Assembly: GCA_016235455.1 (NCBI GenBank)
Contig: JACRKZ010000018.1
Location: forward strand, 66,524-130,523
DNA: 64,000 nucleotides
Direction: 5' to 3'
Source of the DNA: Armatimonadota bacterium
Lineage (GTDB): Bacteria > Armatimonadota > UBA10988
The translations under genes were made by a program, and so were the position numbers. Positions 9,438-21,100 of this stretch are shown piece after piece. Numbering within the stretch: the stretch's first letter is position 1; the number at the start of each line of letters is the position of its first letter. A model generated the notes under the pieces. It saw nothing but the letters and a program-made list of their open reading frames with translations. It was not told where the DNA came from and made no database searches.

Positions 9438-11546
9438 ATGAGCGCTTCCCGATCCACTTCGCGGCGCCGAGCCGCCAACTTCGATGCGCCGATGGTGCGC
9501 CGCGCCGCGGGCGACGCGCTGCGCAAGCTCCATCCGCGACTGCTGGCGCGCAACCCGGTCATGTTCGTCGTGGCCGTGGGCAGCGTGCTCACCACCGGCC
9601 TGTTGCTGCGTGACGCCATCGGCGGCGCCGGGGCGCGGGTGGTGTTGTTCGAGGGCCAGGTCACCCTCTGGCTGTGGTTCACCGTGCTCTTCGCCAACTT
9701 CGCCGAGGCCATGGCCGAGGGCCGGGGCAAAGCGCAGGCCGACAGCCTGCGCCGCACGCGACAGGAGACCAGCGCGCGCCGCGAGTTGCCCGGCGGCGGC
9801 CTGGAGACGGTCTCCGCCACCGCTCTGCGGAAGGGCGACATCGTGCGCATCGAGGCCGGCGAGATGATCCCTGGCGACGGCGACGCCATCGAGGGCGTGG
9901 CCACGGTCAACGAGGCGGCCATCACCGGCGAATCCGCGCCGGTCATCCGCGAGAGCGGCGGCGACCGCAGCGCCGTCACCGGTGGCACCACGGTGCTCTC
10001 CGACTGGCTGCGCATCCGTATCACCGCCAATCCCGGCGAGACCTTCGTCGACCGCATGATCGCGCTTGTCGAGGGCGCCGAACGACAGAAGACGCCCAAT
10101 GAGATCGCGCTCAACATCCTGCTGGCCGGCCTGACCATCGTCTTCCTGCTGGCCACGGTGACGCTGTTGCCCTACAGCCTGTATGCCGTGCAGGCCGGTG
10201 GCGGCTCCGCGCCGCCGACGGTGCCCATCCTCGTGGCGCTGCTGGTGTGCCTCATCCCGACCACCATTGGCGGCCTGCTCTCGGCCATCGGCATCGCCGG
10301 TATCGACCGCGTCATGCAGCACAACGTCCTGGCCACCAGCGGCCGAGCCGTCGAGGCCGCTGGCGATGTCGACACGCTGCTGCTCGACAAGACCGGCACG
10401 ATCACCTTGGGCAACCGCCAGGCGGTCGAGTTCCGGCCCGTGGCAGGCGTGGACGAGGCGACGCTGGCCGACGCCGCGCAGCTCAGCTCGCTGGCCGACG
10501 AGACGCCTGAGGGCCGCTCGATCGTGGTGTTGGCCAAGGAGTACGGGCTGCGCGAGCGGGAGCTGGCCAGCCACGAGGCGCGGTTCGTCGAGTTCACCGC
10601 GCAGACGCGCATGAGCGGCGTCGACTGGGGCCAGCGGCGCATCCGCAAAGGTGCCGCCGAGGCCGTCTACCGCTGGCTGCGCGAGCAGGGCATGGCGATA
10701 CCACACGACCTGGAAGCAAGCGCAACCAGCGTGGCCCAGGTTGGTGGCACGCCGCTGGTGGTGGCCGACAACACCAGCGGCGCGTTGGGCGTCATCTACC
10801 TCAAGGACATCGTCAAGGGCGGCATGCGAGAGCGCTTCGACCAGCTCCGCGCCATGGGCATCCGGACGATCATGATCACCGGCGACAACCCGCTGACCGC
10901 CGCGGCGATCGCCGGCGAGGCCGGGGTCGACGACTTCCTGGCCGAAGCCACGCCCGAGGCCAAGATGCAGCTCATCCGCCGTGAACAGGCCGGCGGGCGC
11001 ATGGTAGCCATGACCGGCGACGGCACCAACGACGCCCCGGCCCTGGCCGCCGCCGATGTCGGCGTGGCCATGAACACCGGCACTCAGGCCGCCAAAGAGG
11101 CCGGCAACATGGTCGACCTCGACTCCAACCCGACCAAGCTGATTGAGGTCGTGGAGATCGGCAAGCAGTTGCTGATGACCCGCGGCGCGCTCACCACATT
11201 CTCCATCGCCAACGATGTGGCCAAGTACTTCGCCATCCTGCCGGCGCTGTTCGGCGGGCTGTATGCGCTGGCCCGCGCGGGTCACGGCCCGCTGTGGGCG
11301 CTGAACATCATGGGCCTGCACTCGCCCGAGTCCGCCATCCTGGCCGCGGTCATCTTCAATGCGCTGATCATCGTGGCGCTCATCCCGCTGGCCCTGCGCG
11401 GCGTGACCTACCGGCCCATGGCCGCCGCCCAGCTTCTTCGGCGCAACCTGCTGGTCTACGGCCTCGGCGGCGTGTTGGCGCCGTTCCCCGGCATCTGGCT
11501 CATCGACCGACTGCTGGTGCTGCTGCACCTGGCGCCCAACGCCTGA
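9438..11546 (+). CDS. kdpB: K+-transporting ATPase subunit B (P-type ATPase)
   Basis: [15 protein letters not shown] phosphorylation motif, [24 protein letters not shown]. Confidence 0.98.
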   Translation: MSASRSTSRRRAANFDAPMVRRAAGDALRKLHPRLLARNPVMFVVAVGSVLTTGLLLRDAIGGAGARVVLFEGQVTLWLWFTVLFANFAEAMAEGRGKAQADSLRRTRQETSARRELPGGGLETVSATALRKGDIVRIEAGEMIPGDGDAIEGVATVNEAAITGESAPVIRESGGDRSAVTGGTTVLSDWLRIRITANPGETFVDRMIALVEGAERQKTPNEIALNILLAGLTIVFLLATVTLLPYSLYAVQAGGGSAPPTVPILVALLVCLIPTTIGGLLSAIGIAGIDRVMQHNVLATSGRAVEAAGDVDTLLLDKTGTITLGNRQAVEFRPVAGVDEATLADAAQLSSLADETPEGRSIVVLAKEYGLRERELASHEARFVEFTAQTRMSGVDWGQRRIRKGAAEAVYRWLREQGMAIPHDLEASATSVAQVGGTPLVVADNTSGALGVIYLKDIVKGGMRERFDQLRAMGIRTIMITGDNPLTAAAIAGEAGVDDFLAEATPEAKMQLIRREQAGGRMVAMTGDGTNDAPALAAADVGVAMNTGTQAAKEAGNMVDLDSNPTKLIEVVEIGKQLLMTRGALTTFSIANDVAKYFAILPALFGGLYALARAGHGPLWALNIMGLHSPESAILAAVIFNALIIVALIPLALRGVTYRPMAAAQLLRRNLLVYGLGGVLAPFPGIWLIDRLLVLLHLAPNA

Positions 11547-11559
11547 AAGGATCCCACCC

Positions 11560-12141
11560 GTGAAGACGCATCTGCTGCCCGCGTTTCGGCTGACCATCGT
11601 GCTGGCACTCCTGACCGGCGTGGTCTACCCCTTGGCCATCACCGCCGCCGCGCGACTGGCCTTCCCCTATTCGGCCAACGGCTCCCTGCTGCGCGACGCC
11701 CGCGGCCGTGTCGTCGGCTCGGCGCTGCTGGGCCAGCGCTTTGGCTCCCCGCGCTACTTCCAGCCGCGGCCCTCGGCGGCGGGCGACGGCTACGATGCCG
11801 CCGCGTCGGCCGGCAGCAACCTCGGCCCCACCTCACGCAAGCTGGCCGACGCCATGGCCGAGCGCGTGGCGGCTTACCGGCAGCTCAACGGCCTGGCAGC
11901 GACCCAGCCCGTGCCCGCCGACGCCGTGACCGCTTCGGCCTCGGGCCTTGACCCGCACATCTCGCCGGCCAACGCCTACTTGCAAGTCGCGCGCGTGGCC
12001 AGGGAACGGGGGCTCAGCGTCGAACAGGTGGGCCGGCTCGTCGCGCGCCATACGCAGCCGCGGCAACTCGGCTTCCTCGGCGAGCCGCGCGTCAACGTGT
12101 TGCGCCTCAACCTTGACCTGGACGCGCCCGCGGTGAGGTAG
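11560..12141 (+). CDS. kdpC: K+-transporting ATPase subunit C
   Basis: ANGSL, YFQPRPSA, SNLGPTS, VTASASGLDPHIS, GEPRVNVLRLNL; GTG start. Confidence 0.97.
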   Translation: MKTHLLPAFRLTIVLALLTGVVYPLAITAAARLAFPYSANGSLLRDARGRVVGSALLGQRFGSPRYFQPRPSAAGDGYDAAASAGSNLGPTSRKLADAMAERVAAYRQLNGLAATQPVPADAVTASASGLDPHISPANAYLQVARVARERGLSVEQVGRLVARHTQPRQLGFLGEPRVNVLRLNLDLDAPAVR

Positions 12142-12146
12142 AGCCC

Positions 12147-14087
12147 ATGCGCGCAGACCATCGGCCCGATCCCGACGCCTTGCTGGCGGCGCTCTGCACC
12201 GCCGGCCGCGGCCGACTGAAGATCCTGCTCGGCGCCGCGCCCGGCGTGGGCAAGACGTTCGCCATGCTCCAGGCCGCCCACGAGCTGACCGAGCAGGGCG
12301 TGGATGTGGTGGCCGCCGTGGTGGAAACGCACGGGCGCGCCGAAACGCAGGCGCTCCTCGGCGGGCTGGAGGTGCTGCCGCGCGCGGCGGTCGACTACCA
12401 CGGCGCGCGCCTGTCCGAGATGGACCTGAACGCGGTGCTGGCTCGCGCGCCGCGCGTGGCGCTGGTCGACGAACTGGCCCACACCAATGCGCCCGGCTGC
12501 CGTCACCTCAAGCGCTACCTGGACGTAGAGGAACTGCTGGCCGCCGGCATCGACGTCATCACCACGGTCAACGTGCAACACGTTGAAAGCCTGAACGACG
12601 CCGTGGCGCAGATCACCGGCGTGCGAGTGCAGGAGACCGTGCCGGACCGGTTCTTCGCCCAGGCCGACGAACTGGAGGTCATCGACCTGCCCACCGACGA
12701 CCTGCTGCGCCGTCTGGAAGAGGGCAAGGTCTACCTGCCCGACACCGCCGCGCTGGCCGCGCGGCGGTTCTTCCGGCCGGGCAACCTGACCGCGCTGCGC
12801 GAACTGGCGCTGCGCCAGGCCGCCGACCGCGTGGGCGACCAGATGCGCTCGTACATGCAGGCCCACGCCATCGACGGGCCATGGCCCACACGCGAGCTAC
12901 TGCTGGTCTGTGTCAGCCCCAGCCCGCTGTCGCCGCGCCTGGTGCGCACCACCTGCCGCCTGGCCGGCGCGCGCCGTTGCCCGTGGATCGCGGTCTATGT
13001 CAAGGGCTCGCGCCACCTGCACCTGACCGAAGCCGATCGCGACCGCGTGGCGCAGACGCTGCGGTTGGCGGAGGAACTGGGCGGCGACGCGGTCAGCATC
13101 GCCGGCGAGAATGTCGCCGATGCGGTGGCCGACTACGCGGCGCGGCACAACGTCACCGAGATCGTCGTGGGCAAGTCACTGCGCGGCCGTTGGGCGGAGC
13201 TGATGGGCGGGTCGATCATCAACGACCTGATCCGCGCTATTGGCACGATCGACATCTATGTGGTGAACAGCGACACGCCGACGGGGGGCCGCGTGCCCGC
13301 CGCGCGGTCGGCCTCGCCGCCGGGCGCGCCAGCCCGAGCTTGGTGGGCCAGCATCGCGGCGGTGGCCGTGGCTGGGCTGGTGGGCGCCGCGCTGGGCCGC
13401 TCACTGGCCCTGCCCAACCTGTCGATGCTGTTCCTGGTGGCGGTGCTCTACAGCGCCACCACGTGGGGCCTGTGGCCCGCCATCTGCGCCGCCGTGCTCA
13501 GCCTCCTGGTGTACGACTTCTTCTTTGTCGAGCCGTTCTACCGCTTCACCGTCGCCAACCCGCAGGATGTGCTGGCGCTGTGCATCTATCTGCTCGTGGC
13601 AGTGTTCGCTAGCCGGCTCACCGCCAAGACCCGCGACCAGGCCGAGATCGCCGCGCGCCGCGAATCGCAGACGTCCGCCCTGTTGGCGCTCAGTCGCCGA
13701 GTGGCCGCCGCGGGCACGCGGGCCGAGGTGGCCGACGCCGTGGCGCGCGAGGCCGCCGACTGCTTCGGCTCGCCGGTGGCGCTGCTGCTGCCCGACGGCG
13801 CGGGCCTACGGCCAGACGCCAGTTGGCCCGCCGGCACCAGCCTGACCGACGCCGAACTGGCCGCGGCAAGCTACGCTTGGCAGCACCGCGAGCCGGCTGG
13901 CCAGGGCTCCGGCACCTTGACCGGTGTCGCCTGGTACTGCCTGCCGCTGCTGGTCGGAGACCGGTCGCTGGGCGTGCTGGCCACGCGCGTCAACGCCGGT
14001 CGACCGCTATCGCCGTCGCAACGTCGACTGCTGCAAGGCTTTGCCGACCTGGCCGGCGCGGCCATTGAGCGCGCCGGCGCGAGCTAG
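12147..14087 (+). CDS. kdpD: KdpD sensor lacking the histidine kinase domains (KdpD-N, USP, DUF4118 TMs, GAF only)
   Basis: LKILLGAAPGVGKT, LVDELAHTN, FFRPGNLTALRELAL, USP, four TMs, GAF ending AAIERAGAS*. No SHDLRTPL H-box or HATPase motifs. Confidence 0.9.
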   Translation: MRADHRPDPDALLAALCTAGRGRLKILLGAAPGVGKTFAMLQAAHELTEQGVDVVAAVVETHGRAETQALLGGLEVLPRAAVDYHGARLSEMDLNAVLARAPRVALVDELAHTNAPGCRHLKRYLDVEELLAAGIDVITTVNVQHVESLNDAVAQITGVRVQETVPDRFFAQADELEVIDLPTDDLLRRLEEGKVYLPDTAALAARRFFRPGNLTALRELALRQAADRVGDQMRSYMQAHAIDGPWPTRELLLVCVSPSPLSPRLVRTTCRLAGARRCPWIAVYVKGSRHLHLTEADRDRVAQTLRLAEELGGDAVSIAGENVADAVADYAARHNVTEIVVGKSLRGRWAELMGGSIINDLIRAIGTIDIYVVNSDTPTGGRVPAARSASPPGAPARAWWASIAAVAVAGLVGAALGRSLALPNLSMLFLVAVLYSATTWGLWPAICAAVLSLLVYDFFFVEPFYRFTVANPQDVLALCIYLLVAVFASRLTAKTRDQAEIAARRESQTSALLALSRRVAAAGTRAEVADAVAREAADCFGSPVALLLPDGAGLRPDASWPAGTSLTDAELAAASYAWQHREPAGQGSGTLTGVAWYCLPLLVGDRSLGVLATRVNAGRPLSPSQRRLLQGFADLAGAAIERAGAS

Positions 14088-16573
14088 ACGAGATTACCGG
14101 TGAACAGCACCTGCGGCGGCTCGTCGGCGGTCCACGGCAGGCGATAGGCGATGCCCGGCCAGACGTCGAAGAAGTTGTCCGCCAGCGGGGTCTCGCCGTT
14201 CAAGTCCAGGCACACGCCCCACACGAAGGTGTCGCTCTCGAAGACCGCGAAGCCGTCCTCGACCTTGACAGTCAGACCCGGCTGCGGCCAGCGGATGTCC
14301 TTGAAGTAGGGCATCAGCAGCCGGCTGCGGCTGACCAACTCACCGCCCACGCTGAGCTGGGCGAAGGCCATCGAGCCGTCCTGGTCGGGATCGCCAAACA
14401 GCCAGTCGGCCAACTGCACCGTGGCGATGCGCGTCGAGCAGAGCGGCTCCAGATCCACTGAGCGGGTGCGATCGACGATGCGCCCGCCGTCCAGGCCCAT
14501 GATGCCGAAGCGCAGATCGGCCTCAATGGGCTCGGCCGTCTCATTGACGCCGTAGACGTGCAGCGTGGACCCGTCGATGGCCACCACCGTGGCGACGGGC
14601 GCCATGGCGCGTCGCACCGACCAGAAGGCCGGCGTGCGGCGCAAGTAGTAGTCCACCGTGGTCCACGAGCGCACCGCTGGCCAGACGTCGTTGTACATCC
14701 AGAAGATGGCGCTGGAAGTGTGCGGCATGCGGCGGTGGAAGTTCTCGATGTACTCGCGCAGGCCTTCGCCCTGCACCAGCCCGGCCCAGTAGCAGTACTC
14801 CTCCAAGCTGAGCGCGGTCGGGTCTTTGCCCACCCACTGCTTGATCATCTCGTCGGGATAGCTGTTGGGTCCCCAGTAGGCCACCGAGTTGTCATGCTGC
14901 TCCCAGGCGAACGAGCCATGCCGCTCGGCGCCCGCGGGCAGGCAGGCGCGCAGCGTCGGCAGCGCCGTCGGCCCCAGAATGCCGCCCTCGTTGGGGAAGC
15001 GGCAGGCCATCTCGCGGTACTTGCGGAAGTCGGTGTCCGCGAAGCCGACGCTCCACGGGTGTTGGTCACCCACCAGATCGGCGTTGGGGTCCTGCAGATC
15101 GGGCGAATAGGGCGAACTCGGCTGATAGTAGCGGGTGCCATCCTCGTCGGCCAGCAACCGCGGGAGGACCAGGTGGAACAGCGCATAGTCGGGGTAGCTG
15201 ACGCCCTGCTCGTAGCCCCAGCCCCAGTTGCCCCACTCCATCTCGTTGTTGCCGCACCACACCACCAGGCTCGGGTGCCGGGCCAGCCGGCGGATCTGGT
15301 AGACCGCCTCGCGCTTGATGTCAGCCAGGAAGGCCTCATCGTTGGCCGGGTACTTGCCGCAAGCGAAGATGAACTCCTGCCAGACAAGGATGCCGCGCTC
15401 GTCGCAGATATCGTAGAAGTCGTCGTGCTCATAGAGCCCGCCGCCCCAGATGCGCAGGAAGTTAAAGTTGGACTCGATGGCGCGGTCGACCAGGGTGGCG
15501 TAACGTTCGCGGTCGAGGCGCGCGGGAATCAGGTCGGCCGGCACGAAGTTGCCGCCCTTGGCGAAGATGCGCCGACCATTGACCTCGAGGGTGAAGAACC
15601 GGCCGCCTTCGGGATCCTCGTCCTGATTGACGACCACGCGCCGAAAGCCGACCAGGCGCTCGTCGCTGGCCACTAACTCGTCGTCCACGTAGACCGAGGT
15701 CCGCACGGCGTAGCGCCGCTGCTCGCCCTGGCCGATCGGCCACCACAGCTCGGGCTCGAACACGTCGAGCCGCGCCTGTAGGCGAGCCTGGCCGCCCTGC
15801 AGCCTGGTCTCGCGGCTGGCCGAGACATTCAGCTCGGGCATCTCCACCTCGACGCGCACCTGATGGTCCGTGCCCGCGGGCGCGTCGACGGCCACGCGGC
15901 CGGTGACCCAGGCCTCGCTCAGGTCGGGCGTCAGGTCGGTCAGCACCGCAAACTGATCGACTCGCACCGGGCCCCAGATCTCCAGCGACACGTCGCCATG
16001 GATCCCCACATTGAGCAGGCGCGGTGACCAGTCCCAAGCGGCTTCGCTCTGGGTCTTGCGCAGCCAGTGCCGCTTGTGCAGCCGCACGGCCCGGCCGATG
16101 CCGTAGCCGTCCGACGGCTTGTCGCCCACATGCTGCAGGCCCGACTCAATCTCGACCACCAGCACGTTGACGCCCTCGACCAACACGCTGGTAACATCGC
16201 ACACACACGGATAGAAGGCGTTGGCGTGGCGCCCGACCTCGCGCCCGTTGAGGTAGATGACCGCCGCCAGATCGAGCCCGCCGAAGCGCAGCACGGCCCG
16301 CTGCCCAGCGGCCAGAGCGGGCGCCTCGAACGCGCGGCGATAGTGCCAGCGCGTCTCCTCCACCCACCGCGCGCCGAGCACGTTCAGGCCCTCATTGGGC
16401 TCGGCCAGCAAGCCGGCGTTCATCAGGTCCAGATGCACCTCGCCCGGCACCATGGCCGGCAAGGCGCAACGAAGGTCGGCGTCGGCGGCAAACATGCGGC
16501 TGACCGGACCACCGCGCTCTCCGTCATCGAAGCGAAGATGCCATGCACCGTTAAGGTCGATAGAGGAAATCAT
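14084..16573 (-). CDS. Beta-mannosidase, GH2
   Basis: WDWSPR, IFAKGGNFVPAD, LRIWGGG, CDERGILVWQEF, WCGNNE, WMYNDVWP. Confidence 0.9.
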   Translation of the reverse strand: MISSIDLNGAWHLRFDDGERGGPVSRMFAADADLRCALPAMVPGEVHLDLMNAGLLAEPNEGLNVLGARWVEETRWHYRRAFEAPALAAGQRAVLRFGGLDLAAVIYLNGREVGRHANAFYPCVCDVTSVLVEGVNVLVVEIESGLQHVGDKPSDGYGIGRAVRLHKRHWLRKTQSEAAWDWSPRLLNVGIHGDVSLEIWGPVRVDQFAVLTDLTPDLSEAWVTGRVAVDAPAGTDHQVRVEVEMPELNVSASRETRLQGGQARLQARLDVFEPELWWPIGQGEQRRYAVRTSVYVDDELVASDERLVGFRRVVVNQDEDPEGGRFFTLEVNGRRIFAKGGNFVPADLIPARLDRERYATLVDRAIESNFNFLRIWGGGLYEHDDFYDICDERGILVWQEFIFACGKYPANDEAFLADIKREAVYQIRRLARHPSLVVWCGNNEMEWGNWGWGYEQGVSYPDYALFHLVLPRLLADEDGTRYYQPSSPYSPDLQDPNADLVGDQHPWSVGFADTDFRKYREMACRFPNEGGILGPTALPTLRACLPAGAERHGSFAWEQHDNSVAYWGPNSYPDEMIKQWVGKDPTALSLEEYCYWAGLVQGEGLREYIENFHRRMPHTSSAIFWMYNDVWPAVRSWTTVDYYLRRTPAFWSVRRAMAPVATVVAIDGSTLHVYGVNETAEPIEADLRFGIMGLDGGRIVDRTRSVDLEPLCSTRIATVQLADWLFGDPDQDGSMAFAQLSVGGELVSRSRLLMPYFKDIRWPQPGLTVKVEDGFAVFESDTFVWGVCLDLNGETPLADNFFDVWPGIAYRLPWTADEPPQVLFTGNLV

Positions 16574-16899
16574 CCACTGATCTCGATTCGTGGGTCAGTT
16601 CACTTGGCCAGCATAGCATCGGCGGGCGCTCTGTGAATGGGCCGTTTGGTCGTCCTGTGACACCTGCGTCACATGGCCGACCGCGCCTGCTTCGGCTGTG
16701 GTCCGGCCTCGACCCATTGGGCGCGTGGCACGCTCGTTCGCCACAGGCCCGGCGGGTGGCCGGCACAACGCCGTGACATATGACACAGATCCGCGAGAAG
16801 GGCAAGGAGTGACTCCAGGCCCGAGCCGAGTCGAAGCAACCGCGGCGGCCGAGGCGCCCCACGGGCGACATGGTACGCTCGCGGTTGGAGGCACACCCC

Positions 16900-18093
16900 A
16901 TGCCGCATCATCCTGACCGCCGAGACTTCGTCGCGGGCATCGCCGCTGTCCCCCTGGCGGCGCGGGCGCAGACGGTGGACGCGCCACGCCGGGCGGTCAT
17001 CATCGGCCACACCGGTCGCGGCGACTGGGGCCACGGCCTGGACCGCATCTTTGAGGGCCGCGCTGGGCTGCGGCTCTGTGCGGTGGCCGACGCCGACCCG
17101 GCCGGCCGCGAGCGCGCTCGCCAGCGCACCGGGGCCGAACGCGCCTATGCCGACTACCGCGAGATGCTGCGCGCCGAACGGCCCGACCTGGTGTGCGTGG
17201 CGCCGCGCTGCGCCGACCAGCACGCCGCGATGTTGCTGGCCGCGCTGGAGGCCGGTGCTCATGTGTTCTGCGAGAAGCCCCTGGTGCGTTCGCCCGACGA
17301 GGCCGATGCCGTCCTGGCCGCCGCCCGAGCGCGGCAGCGGCGCATCGCGGTCGCCCACCAGATGCGCGTGCACCCAGCGGTAACGGCCCTGCACGCCGCG
17401 TTCGCGCGCGGCGAGTTCGGCGAGCTCGTGACCCTCACGGGCTGGGGCAAGCAGGACCAACGGGCCGGCGGCGAGGACCTGATGGTGCTGGGCGTGCATG
17501 TCTTCGACCTGATGCGACTGTTCGCCGGCGACCCGCTGTGGTGCACGGCCAGCGTGCTGGCTGGCGGCCGGGCCATCACACAGCGTGATGCGCGGCTCAC
17601 CAAGGACGACGTCGGCCTGGTCGCGGGTGATGAGGTCGAGGCGCAGTTCGCCTTCGCCGGCGGCGTGTGGGGCACGTTCACCAGCCGGGCCAGGCTGCGT
17701 GACCAGTCCGGCTGGTGGGGCCTCGAGCTGGTCGGTAGCCGGGGACGCGCGCGCATCCTGGCCGACATCCCACCGCGCGTGCGCGTGCTGTCCACCACCG
17801 GCTGGCAGGCGACACCGCGCGTGGACCAGTGGCAGCTGCCACCGGGCACCACCGACGAGCCGGCCGACGCTGGTGCCTTCGCACGGGCCAATGCGCGCGT
17901 GGTCGATGATTGGCTGGCCGCCATCGACCAGAACCGCGAGCCGGCCTGCTCCGGCGCGGCCGGCGCCCGAGCCGTGGAAATGGTCGCCGCCGTCTATCGC
18001 GCCGCGCTCACCGAACGTCGCGTCGCGCTCCCGCCGGCCGAACGCGGCCATCCGTTACGCCCAGATGAACCAAACGCTCAACTTGGCCGATGA
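16900..18093 (+). CDS. Gfo/Idh/MocA oxidoreductase with probable Tat signal
   Basis: DRRDFV twin-arginine motif, HVFCEKP, GEDLMVLGVHVFD; GGAGG before ATG 16900. Confidence 0.85.
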   Translation: MPHHPDRRDFVAGIAAVPLAARAQTVDAPRRAVIIGHTGRGDWGHGLDRIFEGRAGLRLCAVADADPAGRERARQRTGAERAYADYREMLRAERPDLVCVAPRCADQHAAMLLAALEAGAHVFCEKPLVRSPDEADAVLAAARARQRRIAVAHQMRVHPAVTALHAAFARGEFGELVTLTGWGKQDQRAGGEDLMVLGVHVFDLMRLFAGDPLWCTASVLAGGRAITQRDARLTKDDVGLVAGDEVEAQFAFAGGVWGTFTSRARLRDQSGWWGLELVGSRGRARILADIPPRVRVLSTTGWQATPRVDQWQLPPGTTDEPADAGAFARANARVVDDWLAAIDQNREPACSGAAGARAVEMVAAVYRAALTERRVALPPAERGHPLRPDEPNAQLGR

Positions 18094-18172
18094 CACGTTT
18101 GCTGAGCGCGCTGATACTGGCTGACAGGTCACATGGTCACCAGTTCCAGACGCCAGAGCGAGAACAGACGGC

Positions 18173-21100
18173 ATGACTCGGTCGCAGCGTAGGTGGGGCA
18201 TCTGGGCAGTCTTCGGCTCGGCGATCTTCCTGAACATGGTCGCGGCGGCGCACCTGCATTGGTCGCCCGGCGGCGTCAATCTGTCGTGGCCCGCCGCAGC
18301 GCTGAGCGCGGCTATGATGCTTCTTCTGGGTCACCGGCTGTGGGCCTCGGCGCGGATCGAACGCCAGGACGCTGAACTGCGCTGGTTCTACGAGAACCAG
18401 TTGGTCGGACAGGGCGGCACGGTGGGTGAGGACTACCTGTGGGCCCTGACCCAGCACACCGCCTCCTGCTTCGGCGCCGACTATGTCGTGGTTAGCGAGC
18501 TGCAGCCGGACGGCCGAACGCTGCGCACGGCGGCGGCCTGGGCCAAGGGAGGAGCGGCGCCAGCCGCGACCTATACGCTGGCCAACACGCCCTGCGAGCA
18601 GGTGCTCGCCAATGGCCTATGCGTCTACCCCACCGGTGTGCGGGAGACCTTCGCGGCCGCGCCGTTGCTGGCAGAGCTCGGCGTTGACTCCTTCATCGGC
18701 GTGCCGATCCTGGGCGATAGCAGCCAGCCGTTGGGCGTGCTCACCATCATGCACACGGCGCCGCTGCCGCCGCTCACCGGCCACATGGTCGCCCTGCTCG
18801 GCATATTCGCCTCGCGCGTGGCCGCGGAGATGCAGCAACTGCGCGCCGAGCGCGCGCTGCGGGCCAGCCAGCAGCTGTACCACGACCTGGTGGAGCAAGC
18901 CAGCGCCATCATCGTCCGCTGGGTGCCGGACGGCCGGTTGACGTTCGCCAACAACTTCGCCCTGCGCTTCTTCGGCTACGAGGCAGAGGAACTGCTCGGG
19001 CAGCCGCTGATCGGCACGATCATCCCGCCCGTCGATGAGGCCGGCACTGACCTGGAGCGCATGCTCGACGCCATCGCCGTCGACCCCGAGCGCTACGCCA
19101 CCAACCAGAACGAGAACATGCGCCGCGACGGCACGCGTGTCTGGGTCGCCTGGAGCAACGTGGCGGTCTACGACGAGGACGGCGACATCATCGAGTTCGT
19201 CTCGGTCGGCTTCGACATGACCGCGCTGCGACAGGCCGAAGCCGAGGTGCGCGCCAACGCCGAGCGCGTGCGGGCCACGCTGGACATGTCGCCGTTCGGC
19301 GCGATCGTGTTCGAACTCGATGGCGACGACAACCTGCGCGTGGTTGGCTACAGCCGCGCGGCGTCGCAGATCCTGGGTGCCGACCTGTCAGCGATGCGCG
19401 GTCTGACCCTGGAGGAGGCCTTCCCGCCACTGGCGGCCACCGACATTCCGGCGATCGGGCGGCGCCTGGCCAGCGAAGGTGGCACCTGGGTCGACCCGCA
19501 AGTGCCCTACGCGCACGGCAACGTGGCCGGCAGCTACCAGTGCTACGCCTATCAGACCGAGCCGCGGCACGTGGCGGTCATGTTCCACGAGACCTCCGAG
19601 CGCGACCTGATCCAGGCCAAGCTGTACCGCCGCAACCGTGAGGTCAACCTGCTCAACCGGATCATCTCCACCTCGAGCGCGGAGATGGACCCGTCGGCCG
19701 TGCTGCGCCTGGCCTGTGAGGAACTCGCCGACGTCCTCGACATGCCTTACGCGGCGGCCGCCATTGTCGATGAGCGCGAGCTGAACCTGCAGTTCCTCGC
19801 CGACTGCCGACCCGCGGGCGAGCCCTCGCTCGTCCGCCGCCTCCTGCCGCTGGCGGACATACCGACCCTGGCTGCGGCATGGTCGCGCGGCGAGCCCCTG
19901 TGCGCCTGGAACGCTGGGCAGATGGCGGCCACCATGGACCCGGCCGTGCTGGCGCTGCGTAGCGCCGAATGCTGTGTCGCGCTGCCGCTCATGGTCGAAG
20001 GCGAGGCCGTGGGCTGCCTGTTCCTCCTCGACATCGCGCCGCGCGAGCTGCCCGACGACGACATGGCGTTGGCCTGGGGCGTCGCTCAGCAACTCGCCTC
20101 GGCGCTGGCGCGCAGCCGACTGACCGCCTCGCGCCGCCACCTCGCCGTGGCCATCGAGCAGACCCCCGACAGCATCGTGGTCACCGACCCGCAGGGCTAC
20201 ATCCAGTACGTGAATCCGTCCTTCGAGACCATCACGGGCTACGGCGCGGCCGAGGTCATCGGCCGCTCCACGCGCATCCTCAAGAGCGGGCTGCACGATG
20301 AGTCACACTACCAGCATCTGTGGCAGACCATCACCGCCGGACGGGTGTGGGAAGGCCGACTGATCAACCGCAAGCGCGACGGCAACACCTTCACCGAGAG
20401 CGCGGTGATCGCCCCGGTGCGGGACGAGACCGGAGCCATCATCAACTACATCGCGGTCAAGCGCGACATGACCGACGAACTCGAGCGCGAGGAGCACTAC
20501 CGCCAGGCGCAGAAGATGGAGAGCATCGGCCGGCTGGCGGGGGGCATTGCGCACGACTTCAACAACATCCTCACGGCGATGATCGGCCATGCGGAATCGG
20601 CGGACGAGATGCTCGGCGCACGGCACCCAGCCCGCGAGGAGATCGCCGGCGTGCTCGCCGCCAGCCAGCGTGCGGCCAGTCTCACGCGCCAGCTGCTGGC
20701 CTTCGCGCGCCGACAGGTGGTGCAGCCCGTGGTCTTCGATCTGGGCGGCATGGCCAGCGGCCTGTCCAACATGCTGCGCCGGCTCATTGGCGAGGACATC
20801 GACCTGCGTGTGGCCGCATCCCCGGATGAGCTGCCCGTGCTGGCCGATGCCGGGCAGATGGAGCAGGTGCTGGTGAACCTGACGGTGAACGCGCGCGATG
20901 CCATGCCCAACGGCGGCAGCCTGGTGGTGCGCGCCAGCCGTGATGGCGACAGCGCCCGGCTCAGCGTGACCGATACCGGAACCGGCATCCCCGCGCACGT
21001 CCTGCCACGCATCTTCGACCCGTTCTTCACCACCAAGCCCGAGGGCCAAGGCACCGGCCTGGGCCTGGCCACCTGCTACGGTATCGTGCAGCAGGCCGGC

